A stretch of 64,000 nucleotides of DNA. It comes from Octopus vulgaris (taxonomy: Eukaryota). The notes beneath the pieces were generated by a model, which saw only the letters and a program-made list of their open reading frames with translations, was not told the origin of the DNA and did not search any database. Shown here piece after piece: positions 51,522 to 64,000 of this stretch. Numbering within the stretch: position 1 is the stretch's first letter; each line of letters opens with the position of its first letter. A program made the translations under genes and the position numbers. The DNA is taken from assembly GCA_951406725.2 (NCBI GenBank), contig OX597817.1, forward strand, positions 38,254,001 to 38,318,000. The letters run 5' to 3'.

Positions 51522-52025
51522 ATTATTCAGTTTTATTTAACGATTTCTTGTCAATAGAGAAAGAGCCGATTCTAACCTAGATTCAAGGCTCCTTCATTGG
51601 AATTTCAACATCAATAACAGGGTATTTTTATATGTATGCATGTATGTATGTAAGTATATGTGCAAATTCGTTTTGTTTTATGTATTCTCACGCATATAGT
51701 TGCATATCTAGACGTGCTCATATATATTTAAATCTTAAACTTCTGGAAAGTGTTACAGATTTTTACAGTTCCAGTAATGGACTGGATCTGTAGTCTTTGA
51801 ATCAGTTTTCTCCTTTCTGGTTTTGAGAAGCCAACTTTCTCAAGATTGGTATTTAGGCAGTGAGTTACATATCTCAGGGTCCACATTAATTACAGGTATA
51901 AACCTGAACTTGGAATCTGGATAGAGTAACTGCAGATTTCTCAATAGTTCAGCGCAAGTGTTCTCTTTTTCACTGATCTTCAGCTTTATGTTAACATCAG
52001 CTGGGCAGCTAATTACCACAACTGC
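51522..52025 (-). mobile_element. 3' fragment of the (CATA)n-associated Dong-like LINE
   Basis: Highly similar to 24275-24765; the 5' junction abuts (CATA)n. Confidence 0.9.
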
Positions 52026-53288
52026 ATGTATGTATGCATGTATGTATGTATGTATGTATGTATGTATGTATGTATGTATGTATGTATGTATGTATGTATG
52101 TATGTATGTATGTATGTATGTATGTATGTATGTATGTATACATACATACATACATACATACATACATACATACATACATACATACATACATACATACATA
52201 CATACATACATACATACATACACATATACATGTGTATAGATCATTGTGTGCTTTTATGTAATGTATGTGTACTCCTGTGTTTGTGTGTTATTTACCTGAA
52301 TATATTTATGTATATAAGTGTAACTATGTGTCTGTATGGATACATGTATGAATGTGTCATGTATGCATGCAAGTGTACGTATGCGCTTGCGTGTGATTCT
52401 GCGCGCGTATGTATATATGTGTTAATGTATGTGAATATCTATGTATAAGTACGCATATATGTATGGAAGGATGGATGTGTAGTAACGGTATGTATGTATT
52501 TATGGACGTTTTTCAGTATGAATGTTTTTATATACGCGTGATTTGCTGTACGCATGTGTGTATGCGTGCATCTTTTAGTGTAAGTACATGAGTGTTCGTA
52601 TGTGCGACGTCTTTGTCTGTGAATAACGATGTCACCATGTTCACAATATGGCGAAAACGCGCGTGAGTGGGCGTCTGTTGCTATGGCTACATCTGAGAGG
52701 AGTTATGCCAGAAGAAGCGAGAAGTAATCGATAGCATCACAACGGCACCTCAACTCTCGTTAGTAAAAGGCTGAGAGACGGGTGCGAACGTACAGCAGGA
52801 GCTGTGAATGAGAGAGTGGCAATGAGTGAAAGATTGAGTGAATGGAGATTAAGATATCGTGTCAGAGAAAGATAGGGGAGAGATGGGCAGTCAGATAAAC
52901 AGAAAAATATGGAAGAGAAAAAAATATGAGAAATATAAAAACGAGAGAGGAAGCAATATAAGTGAGAAAGGAAACGAGAAGAACGAGAGAAAGTGTGAGA
53001 TAGTTTGTGAGAGTGAAAAACGAGAGAGTAAGTGTATATGTATGTCTGAAAGAAAGGGATAAAGAGAAAGAGGAAAGACAAAGAGGGAGAAACAGCAATG
53101 TGACAGTGATTGACAAAGTGAGAATCGCAGAAGGCAGATAAAGAGAGTGACATACAGAAGAGAGAACAAGAGATGGGCAAAAAGGGAGTTAGAATAGAGC
53201 TAGAGAGAGAGGGGTGGGGGAACTCGAGAGAAAATAGAAATAGAGAGCATCACTTAAAAAACAGAAAGCTACATAAGTGTTGAGCAAG

Positions 53289-53326
<38 letters not shown>

Positions 53327-55087
53327 TGTGAGTGAGTGAGAGAGAGTAAGCGATGAGAGAAAAGTAGAGGAAAAGATAGACATGGCTATACTTACATTTA
53401 TGTCTGTATGTTTATGCGCATGCATGTAGGTATGTGTTTATGTATATGTATACGCAAGTGTAGCAGTATGCCCGTATCATTAAAGATAATTACTCCCTTT
53501 TATATATATATATATGAGGTAGGCTGAGATTTGAGGCAACTCTATGCAGGTGCTTGATTCAGCAGCCATATTTCCCTCAAATCACATCGACTGTGTTAAA
53601 ATGAATGAAGGGCACAGATATGCAGTCCTAAATACACTATTCTGCAAAGATAAAACGAGAGAGAGAGAACAGGGTGAAATAATCACAGCTTAAACGTCTC
53701 TGATCACAGTCAGTTCAAACTTGGCTGGCCTGAGGCTAAATAGTAACAATAATTTCAGCAAAATTTTACATTCAGTTGAATCATTTGCGCATGCAAATGT
53801 AACTGTAAAACTGTTGAAATTATAAAGTGTTCCAAAAATAAGTACCAGTTGAGATTTAGGGCCGTTGTAATCGACTTACTCCTCACCCCGAAAGTGCTGG
53901 CCTCGTGCTAAAATTTGAAATTATAAAGTTTTCGATTTTCCTTCGTTTGGTTTTTTTTTTATTATTAGCTTTTCAGGTATTTAATATATGTTTCCATTCT
54001 ACCTTTGGAAGAAATACTTAAGATACGAGCCAACGAAGGTGCTTCTACGACGTTGCCCAACCTGTTAGAAATAGCAACCGAATGTCTCTCCATTCGCACC
54101 CAAACGTCGTAACAAATAAAAGATTTAGGCAATGTAGTGACTGATATAAAAAAGAACAAAAACGGGAAAATCATGTCCGGAGTACATTTGATGATTTACT
54201 TTGTAAATGACGGTTGCTCAACCTGTAAAAAGTGATATTGTGCCGTCTGAAAAAAAAGAAAAGAAACACTGGATAATGTAATCCTATATACAATAAAGAG
54301 CCAACCGTCATCTGTGTGCGAGTACGGCTAGGTAACATGTACCATGCTTTCGTTCATTGCTTTGGGTACCTATGTAGAAGCAAGCAGACGTAGACATCCT
54401 CCCAATACTCCCACTTTTGACCGCGCGGCAGATCCAGAAAGTGACAGCTGAAGGAAGAGAGAGAGGGGGAGGGGAGAGACTGGTATTCGTTTTCAGCTGA
54501 ATAGACTGAAATACATCTAAAATGTTGCACCTTGCTCAGAAACACAACGACCGCTCAATCCAGGAATTGAACTCACGAACTTGAGCCGATCACCCTAACC
54601 TCTAGACCATGCTCTTTCACATATATACACTATTTAAACACGGCGAAAACTCTATGTACACAATATTAAAGACAGATGGGATAGCTATGCCCTGAATGCT
54701 TTTAGTCGCTGACAGTGGTCAATCATGGTTGATCTGTGGTTATCTAACATAACGTTTATATAATGAAATGACAGAATGATATTGACTAAGCACATTATCA
54801 TGTTGATTAGTTAACTGATTCCAGGGGCTCAGTATCTGTGTACAATTGTCATAGATTTTGATTTTAAGGTCTTTTGACATTCTCCATTCGATTGACCACA
54901 AGAAATATCAAAAAATTTACTATGTTGATAGACGCGTGCACGTGCAAGTGTGTGTGCGTGCGTGCGTGCACGCTTGTTTGCAAAATGTAAAGCTATATAT
55001 AAAAGCAGTCAAAAATGAATTGAAGAAACACTCAATACATTTAAGTAGAGTAATGCATTTATCTTATTTTAACATAAAAAGTGTTGA

Positions 55088-55129
55088 CACTGACTCCGAA
55101 GTTTCGGTTCAATGGCCTTCATCAGACAA
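55088..55129 (-). ncRNA. Hammerhead-like motif, family H; decayed inverted copy at ~55460-55500
   Basis: CUGAUGA-A-GG ccauugaa CC-GAAACU ucgg AGUC; stem I is weak. Confidence 0.55.
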
Positions 55130-56942
55130 TTAGGCTTTTTCGGCTTTTCAAGCTTCTAATAAAGTTTTTGTTTCATCTTGTGGGTAAGTCATAATGGTTT
55201 CAAAGTAGATATAGTTTAATAGTGCATTTTTGTAGTACGTAAAGAAACATCTTCGTGGATAGTTCAATTGAGTTACAGAAATAAGGAATGATAAGGAAAA
55301 CGTAGTGCAATAAGGTCAGGAAGAGTTCCCTCCGCAACATCATATTTCTGATCATCCAATAAAACTATCCATAAAATGCAACAAAAATTACTATTAGACC
55401 ACATCTACTTTGGGACGTCTATTTCAACCACAAAATGAACCAAAAATATTTTAGAAATTTGAAAGGCAACTGAACCGAAACTTCAAAGTCCCTGTCAATT
55501 GTTTCTTGTAAAAACAAAACAAACATATAGAAATTTGTGTGTACTATAATTTTAAAATAGTAATACAATATTTTTACACTTAGACAAAACAACAGTCATT
55601 CTATCGTATTTGTGCTGACTTCTCTTAATATTGTTTGTCTCTGATTTCAGCTTGATTGTCATGACAGCTTGATGATTTTTCCCGTAAGGAAACTTAAGTA
55701 GCCATAGGTGTTGGTTTTAATCGACCAAATTCAATAAACACAGATACTATAACCGCATGTGTGTGTATGCATGAGTGTTTGTCTGTGCGTGCGTGTGTGT
55801 CTGTGTGAATATATATATATATATATATATACATACTTGTATATATGCATATGTATATATATATCAAAAGTATAAACAGTAACAACTCGATTTAGAAACT
55901 GATACTATAAGTTTAAATATTCATTTATGAGCCCCGCTATAAATATACTTCGACTTTTGTCAAAGGGTAACTAGTTCTTACTCGAGACATATCTTTACGA
56001 ATTCAAAATCATTTGTCCGTTGTGGATACAACTGAATATTATAGGAACGGTAGCTTCAGATCATGAATGTGGTGTGACCTTTGTTTAAGTGAGAAAATAA
56101 ATTTGCTCCAAACTAAAGTTATTTGAGTAACAGAACGGAATTGTTGCCAACTTGTTTAAACGGAATTAAACAACTTTTTTTCGATCTGATTCTGCTGAAA
56201 ACGTTTATTTCGAAGTGGTAATTCTTTTCAGATTAGTATTTTTCAATGACCTGTTGACACAAGAATGGGATTTTAATTAAAAAAAGAATCATTTTGAAGT
56301 AATATCTCTTGTATTAGGCTGTATTCTGCAGACAACGATAAATAAAATTCATGAAAAACATATTCATGAGAGTCAAAATGGAAATAGGAAAAGTGATCTC
56401 GAAATAGCCGTTTTTATAACAGTACTCAAACGCCTTTTAAAATCAGTAAAATAAACGTTTTGAGGCATACTCTCATGTAATATATGAAAATATACTCAAA
56501 CATCTAGGTTTTTTCTTCTTTTTTTTTAGGCAACAGGTTTGTATTGTCAGCTGAATGAATGGAGACATGAAACTTGGAGTACGCCTTTCGACTTCTACCT
56601 GATTTCTTTATGCATTTGCACACGTATAGCACCTTCTACTTTGCTCTCATCTTCCAAAATCGTTTCTTCAACACCTTTATTCACACACAGACACACAGGC
56701 TTTCACAGCTTTACAGACACGTTTTCACACACACCAACCTAAAAGTCACACATTCATACACACCAACATTCTCCATCCCCATAAATTAACACCAACATAC
56801 TTGGACAGTTGCACACATCTACACACAAACTTACACCACACCAACACACACTCACACACCGTTCTTCCTTATACCCGCTTCTTAACTCAAAAACTCTTAC
56901 ATACATGCATAGACAGACAGACAGACAGACAGACAGATAGAC

Positions 56943-57011
<69 letters not shown>

Positions 57012-57805
57012 TTCTGTATTTGATAGTTTAAAAAATGCCCGAGTATATAAGACGCTCTTCAATGATGACGGACCATTTATAAAAAAAAAATTATAAAAAA
57101 AAATTTTGAGGGGTGATATCGTGTCACCACTTTGATGTCATTTTTCTACTTTGACATGTTCAAATTAATATAAAACCCTACTTTGTCCCATTAAAAAGAA
57201 ACCACTAGTCGTTCTGTTATTTTATTTCTAAATAAAATACACCATCTATCTTTTTCCACTTAAATTCTAAACTATTTTGGAATTTATATAGATATCTTAT
57301 AAAAATATAGGGTTTTTTTAATCTACTGATATATTGGAATTGTGTTTTGCACAAAAAGAAAAATAAATTTATTATACATATCTATTGCGTAATATCTGTC
57401 TCGAGACTGTTCCAGTTAAAGGTAAATGCAGGTAAACTCTGAAATACATAGTTATCTAAATTTTTCATATCACCATAGAAAATGGGGTTATTGACCAATA
57501 TTATATTACGTATCTATCATATTATATTATATTACAATAAATAGCTTACTAAGTTCCAGGCCTAATATTATTTTATTTCTCTGTACTGCCACTTATGTTT
57601 TTACCTGAGTGTCAGTATTTTAAATGAAATACTACTGATATCCATTGTTACCTTAGAAAATAACAAACAGCTGTATTTTTGTAAGATATACGTCTTCAAT
57701 TCATTTTGTGGGACACTGCAGCACCTCAAATATTACTCGCCATTAAGCTAAACCCTGACCTTATGCTTGTAAGACAAACTGATTTTCTAGGATATATACT
57801 GATCG

Positions 57806-57843
<38 letters not shown>

Positions 57844-57988
57844 CATCATCGTCGTCCTCGTCGTTGTTGTTATTGAAAAATGCATCACGTAAAGTGCTCA
57901 ATACGATATATATATATACACATATATGCATGTATGTATGTATGTATGTATATATATAAACTTAAACATACACATATGTATATGTGTC

Positions 57989-58026
<38 letters not shown>

Positions 58027-58304
58027 ACAACATACATGTGTGTGTGTGTGTTTGCTTACCTAACACCCTTTATTACGGCTAGCATGATCTACATATCCAT
58101 ATCTATATTCAGGTTCAAAATATACTGTATATTTCGAATGACCCTGACTTGATTCCCGAATATTAAACAAGTATTTACACACATACCCACGTATACATAC
58201 ATCCTTATATGCATACATACATACATACATACATAATCCTTGCATGCATGCATACATACATGCATGCATACATACATACATACATACATACATACATACA
58301 TACA

Positions 58305-58336
<32 letters not shown>

Positions 58337-59111
58337 CTTATATATTTACGCATACTCATTCCACACATACATATGTGAGCGTGTGTGTATGTGAGAGGAA
58401 TAAAAAAATAAAGAAATAGTGTGTATGTGAGAGGGGCGAGAGAGAGAAACAGAAGCAGAGAGACAGAGAAAGAGAGGGGGAGATTAAAACACAGTGGGAG
58501 ATATGAAAACTAAAGACCAGGTATTAATCTGAAGTAAACCTTGAATGTAAATCTGAAAGTGGAAAATTTACAACTGCGTTTAATAAAAATAAAAAATACA
58601 AGAGGGTAGAATGAGAAAAATGGAGGAGAAGAAGAGGGTGAACAAGAAAAAAAGAGCAACAAGAAACCATTAAGAAAGGAGACACAGAACGAGAGCGATT
58701 TTGCGTATGAGCGAGAGAAAGGGAGGGACGGAGAGAGTGAGATTAAAGAGAAGGAGGTGAATAAAACAATGACGATTCATGAATGTCAGATAAACCTTGA
58801 ATTAAAAACTGGAAGTGAATAAATACAATTGCGTCGCAGAGAATAAGAGAGAGAGAGAGGGAGGGAATTAGTGAATGAGTGAGTGAGTGAGTGAGTGAGT
58901 GAGTGAGGAAGAGTATCTGTGAGGGAGGGTGAATAGAAAGTCAGAGAGAAAAGGTGTGGAAGGTTATCGAAGTAGTCAGAGAAATCTGTAGAAATAGGGT
59001 TGAAAGGAAACCAGATTAGGCGTGGGTGGTTATCGTTAAGAAAGTAGTTGATATCAGCGTACATATTTGATATCTTCATAGCATCTACAAGTTAAACGCG
59101 CTTATACCCTC

Positions 59112-59165
<54 letters not shown>

Positions 59166-59484
59166 ATGCACAAGCCCACAAACTCATATATGCTAATATA
59201 TACTATCATATATCAGTATGCGCCAACACATAACACACACATATATATATAAAGTGTGCGTGAGTGTGTGTGTACATTATGTGTACCTGTATTAATTAAC
59301 TTGGTTATGTTATATATACATGCACATATATATATATGTGCACACACATGTATTATATGTACGTATATGTATGTATATGTACATATATATGTGTGTGTGT
59401 ATATATAGGTTGTGTATGCATATATATATATGTATATACATATATGTATGTATGTATATATATATGTATAAATATGCTTGTATG

Positions 59485-59519
<35 letters not shown>

Positions 59520-59521
<2 letters not shown>

Positions 59522-59917
59522 TTTTTTTATTCTTTTATTTGTTTCAGTCATTTGACTGGGGCCATGCTGGAGCACCGCCTTTTAGTCGCAGAAATCGTCT
59601 CCTGGATTTATTCTTTGTAATCCTGGTACTTATTCTATCGGTCACTTGTGCCGAACCGCTAAATTATGGGGACGTAAACACACCAACATTTGTTATCAAG
59701 AGATGGGGGGGTGAGGTGGGGGCAAATGCAGACACAAACACACACACATAATTATATACATATATATACGGCGGGCTTCTTTCAGTTTCCGTCTACCAGG
59801 TCCACTCACAAGGCTTTGGTCGGCAAGAGGCTATAATAGACGACAGCCAAGGTGCCACGCAGTGGGACTGAATCGAGAATCATGCGGTTGGAAAGCAAGC
59901 TACTTACCACACATTCA

Positions 59918-59920
<3 letters not shown>
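59520..59920 (-). mobile_element. SINE family 1, diverged
   Basis: Homology to the full copies. Confidence 0.8.
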
Positions 59921-59957
<37 letters not shown>

Positions 59958-59962
<5 letters not shown>

Positions 59963-60782
59963 CAATAGGGTAATAAAAATTATTATTACCAGTAGCCTAG
60001 CACAAACAACGAATTAGTCATTAGACTATATATTATTCTCATAGAAATACAAGAGGCTTCCAAATAGGAAAGCCTTGTGCTAGAAAGAGCAGTAGAAAAC
60101 TCAAACCACCAATTAAGGATAAATTCTCGAAAGGAATGAAAATTAAAAACGTCTACCATCTCAATTATTTCCCAGACCATGGTTTCTAACTATTTCCAGC
60201 AAAAAAATATTCGCCGAAGGCAAGTTTTCATAAGTGGGAAAACCTTTAGATTTCAAAATATACACACAGCCAGATCCACATGTAAAACTAACTGCCTGTA
60301 TATCCTAACTTTTCAGACCACTGCGCAGACGCAGATTATACCCGGCGACAGAGAGGATGCCGGTAAAAATTTCGAACAAATTTATCAAAGAATATTTAAA
60401 CATAACAAATAACAATAGGGTAATAAAAAATTATTATTACCAGTGGCCTAGCACAAAAACCGAATTACTCATTAGACTATATATTATTCTCATAGAAATA
60501 CAACAAGAGGCTTTCAAATAGGAAAGCCTTGTGCTAGAAAGAGCAGTAGAAAGCTCAAACCACCAATTAAGATAAATTCTCGAGGATGAAAACTGGCCTT
60601 CAGCGAATATTTTTTTTGCTGGAAATAGTTAGGAACCATGGTCTGGGAAATATTTGAGATGGTAAACATTTTTAATTTTCATTCTTTTCGAGAATTTATC
60701 CTTAATTGGTGGTTTGAGTTTTCTACTGCTCTTTCTAGCACAAGGCTTTCCTTTTTGGAAGCCTCTTGTTGTATTTCTATAT
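59958..60782. mobile_element. PLE-type terminal repeat in three copies (two direct, one inverted) with HHR family I
   Basis: 59958-60240 and 60410-60584 are direct copies; 60585-60782 is inverted; (TA)n lies on the flanks. Confidence 0.75.
60170..60239 (-). ncRNA. Hammerhead ribozyme, family I (G5U substitution)
   Basis: UCCCA-CUUAUGA-A-AACU...AGUU-A-GAAAC CAUG GUC-UGGGA: perfect stem I and palindromic stem III. Confidence 0.7.
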
Positions 60783-60798
60783 ACACACACATACATAC

Positions 60799-60866
<68 letters not shown>

Positions 60867-60868
<2 letters not shown>

Positions 60869-61282
60869 CTCTTTTACTCTTACTCTTTTACTTGTTTCAG
60901 TAATTTGACTGCGGCCATGCTGGAGCACCACCTTCAATCGAGCAACTCGACCCCGGGACTTATTCTTTTGTAAGCCTTGTACTTATTCTATCGGTCTCTT
61001 TTGCCGAACCGCTAAGTAACGGGGACATAAACACACCAGCATCGGTTGTCAAGCAATGCTAGGGGGGCAAACACAGACACACAAACACACACACACACAT
61101 ATATATATATACATATATACGACGGGCTTCTTTCAGTTTCCGTCTACCAAATCCACTCACAAGGCTTTGGTCGGCCCGAGGCTATAGTAGAAGACACTTG
61201 CCCAAGGTGCTATGCAGTGGGACTGAACCCGGAACCATGTGGCTGGTAAGCAAGCTACTTACCACACAGCCACTCCTGCGCC
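60867..61282 (-). mobile_element. SINE family 1, full length
   Basis: Homology to the reference copy. Confidence 0.9.
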
Positions 61283-61294
61283 TATGTATATATA

Positions 61295-61360
<66 letters not shown>

Positions 61361-61557
61361 TGTATGTATATATGTGTATGTATGTATGCATGTATATATA
61401 CATACACACACACACATACATATAGGTATGTTACTGCAAACAGAGAAAGTAGAACTCAAAATCTGAGTAATTGTATATTTTTTATTAATATTTAGCAGAA
61501 GAAACAGAGTGACTCAAAAACCGAGGGTTTCGTGCGTTGGCGCGTTACTTATATATA

Positions 61558-61686
61558 TATAAGAATTTTTTGCGTAGTGAGATAAAAAACCAAGGCTGTG
61601 TAGATATTAGAACATTTATAGACAGAAGGTCTAATATCTACACAGCGATGTCTTTTTTTTATCTCATTACGCAAAAAATTCTTACA
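61558..61686. repeat. ~130-bp fold-back palindrome next to (TA)n
   Basis: TAAGAATTTTTTGCGTAGTGAGATAAAAAA..GCTGTGTAGATATTAGA and its reverse complement. Confidence 0.75.
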
Positions 61687-61817
61687 TACACACGTTGACA
61701 TAGAACCAACGTTGAACCCCTCATTCGCAAAATTACCGAATCTGGAACTTAACTATGGTCTGTCTATAGCGCTTATTCAACATTACCTGACACCTTTGGG
61801 TCTCAATGACACCATTA

Positions 61818-61866
<49 letters not shown>

Positions 61867-62323
61867 TTGGAAAAGAATGCGTGGCGTTCAATCATATAAT
61901 AATATAAATAATATATATGCTTATATACAGACGTATACGTACATATTTACATATTTACGTATATACATATGCATATGTGGGCATAGGACGTCACAAAACA
62001 TAAACAACAATTAATACGAAGTACGAGGACATGGAATAAGGACTTTTTTGCAAGCAAAGAAAGAAACAAATGGAAAACAAGACAAGCAACGCAAGGAACG
62101 ACCTTTCATCAGTTGTAGGCTGTTTTTCTAGTCCGTATTTCGAGCAATTCACGTGAATTGTCTTCCTTTTGTTTCTTTCGTTGCTTGCAAAAAAGCCCTT
62201 ATTCCAGGTGTTCGTACTTCGTACTAATTGTTGTATATTTTTGTGACGTCCTGTGCATATATATATACGTACATATGTATATGTATATACATAAACATGT
62301 ATGTACGTATACGTATGTATATA

Positions 62324-62364
<41 letters not shown>

Positions 62365-63198
62365 TATATTATATATATATATATTATTTATATTATATAT
62401 ATATATATATTATTTATATTATACATATATATATATGTACGTATGCATGTATGTATGTACATATGTGCAAGTGTATTTATGTATATAAGATTATGCGTGC
62501 GTTTGTCTCACCTTTTTACGATTGGTGTTGGTTTATTTACGATCGTGTAACTCGATACTTCAATAAAAAGAAACACTGATTGAATAAGTACCAGACTTAA
62601 AATAGGTAACAAGTGGATTTTGTTGATGAAATCCTTCAAGGTAGCGCCACAGTACTGTTGTAGTCTAATGACTGAACCATAGAAAAGAATAAAAGTTTAT
62701 GCACATACATATAACACAAACACACACACACAGAGGAATAGAAAGGGAGAAATAAATACGGAATTATTTCATTCAATTTATGTAACAAAAAGAAGCATTA
62801 CGAAGCATTTTTTTTTTCAAATTAAAACAGCCAGGTAAATTTACAAATGCACCTGCTGTTGAACCGTTTCAGTATTATGTGCAACTTCGGTGATATTGTG
62901 ATATATTTTTGCTGTTCAGCAAGGGAGAAGTTTCTTAAACTTCACAAATATAATGTAATGTAATCTTCTAGCATTCTGCACTGAAGAGACACTCAGATGA
63001 ATAACTGAAGAAACTGAATGTGTGTGTATGTGTGTGTGTGTGTGTGTGTGTGTATAGACACAGACATTCATTTATATACATGTAGATATGTATATAGGTA
63101 TGGAAGGACATATACATGCATATTATATATATATATATATATATATAGAAAGGGAGAGAGAGATAGGATAAAGAGAGAGAGGGAAAGGATAGATAGAT

Positions 63199-63269
<71 letters not shown>

Positions 63270-63270
<1 letters not shown>

Positions 63271-64000
63271 TGTTTCTTTATTAGCCACACAGGGCTGCAC
63301 ACAGACGGGGCAGATTACAAAGTGGAGCTTTTCTTTTTGGGGAGAAAAAAAGTGAGGTAGATTTTCAATCAAAAGGGATCGTAAAAGGGGAAGAAAAAAA
63401 AAAGAAAAAGAAAAAGAGAAAAAAGGAAAGAAAAAAGGGAAAAAAACGATCAATAGGGATCGTGTATCACAGAAATGTCCTGATGTAAAGTGTAAAGGGA
63501 GAAGCAGATAAGGTTTATCCGTGGAAAGAAAAGCCTACGGAAAAGACCACGGTAACCTCGGTCAATAATGTTACATGTTACCTCATTTGTTTGCAAGTAG
63601 GTAACCCTCTGTTTTAAATTTTTTCGGGTTCATAAGATTATGCTCAAGGTGGCTTCGTCATTCATACGTGCCATCCTTGCTACATTCACCCATCTTTTTT
63701 TGAAACATTCGTTAAACAAAACTTGCCTCTCTACTCTCACTTCAAGAGATACTTGAAGAAGTTGATGAGAGATTGACCAGAGAGGAAAGCGTTTGTCTCC
63801 AATCCTTTTAGACGCGCCCACCAGATACATTCTTTCGCCGTAGCCACAAGAATGATAAAAATAGCTCTTGCTTCCCGTTTGAAGGAAGGAGGCGTGACAA
63901 TATTGACGATAGACTCGGCTGATAAACCGACTCGTCCCACACGTGACAGCAGTCGTTCGACATAAGCCCACAGGTCGGAAATTGTTGGACACTGCACGAG
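63270..64000 (-). mobile_element. Tx1/L1-group LINE 3' end followed by (TATC)n
   Basis: Post-knuckle ORF2 C-terminus QCPTISDLWAYVE...AKECIWWAR; the 3'UTR ends GGCTAATAAAGAAAC. Confidence 0.7.

Noticed and set aside
62095-62150. Permuted hammerhead-like GAAA...CUGAUGA on the minus strand
   Set aside because: The stems do not pair convincingly.

Overview
AT-rich, microsatellite-dense eukaryotic non-coding DNA. The SINE families and simple-repeat content suggest an octopod cephalopod (inference). I found no intact host gene, and nearly all listed ORFs are translated microsatellites. The window is a mosaic of decayed mobile elements: two tRNA-derived SINE families, R4/Dong-like RLE LINEs sitting in (TAA)n and (CATA)n tracts, RTE, Tx1 and CR1/L2 fragments, a gypsy LTR+gag fragment, non-autonomous Helitrons, a hAT MITE with an 8-bp TSD, and Penelope-like (PLE) GIY-YIG remnants. 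The main hidden signal is about 20 intact, degenerate or partial type I hammerhead ribozyme (HHR) motifs in roughly 10 sequence families. They include a tRNA-headed, HHR-tailed element present as a head-to-head inverted dimer, a tandem array of ~414-bp HHR monomers (retrozyme-like), and fold-back palindromes whose symmetry axes fall on or next to the ribozyme. All coordinates were read by eye and are approximate.
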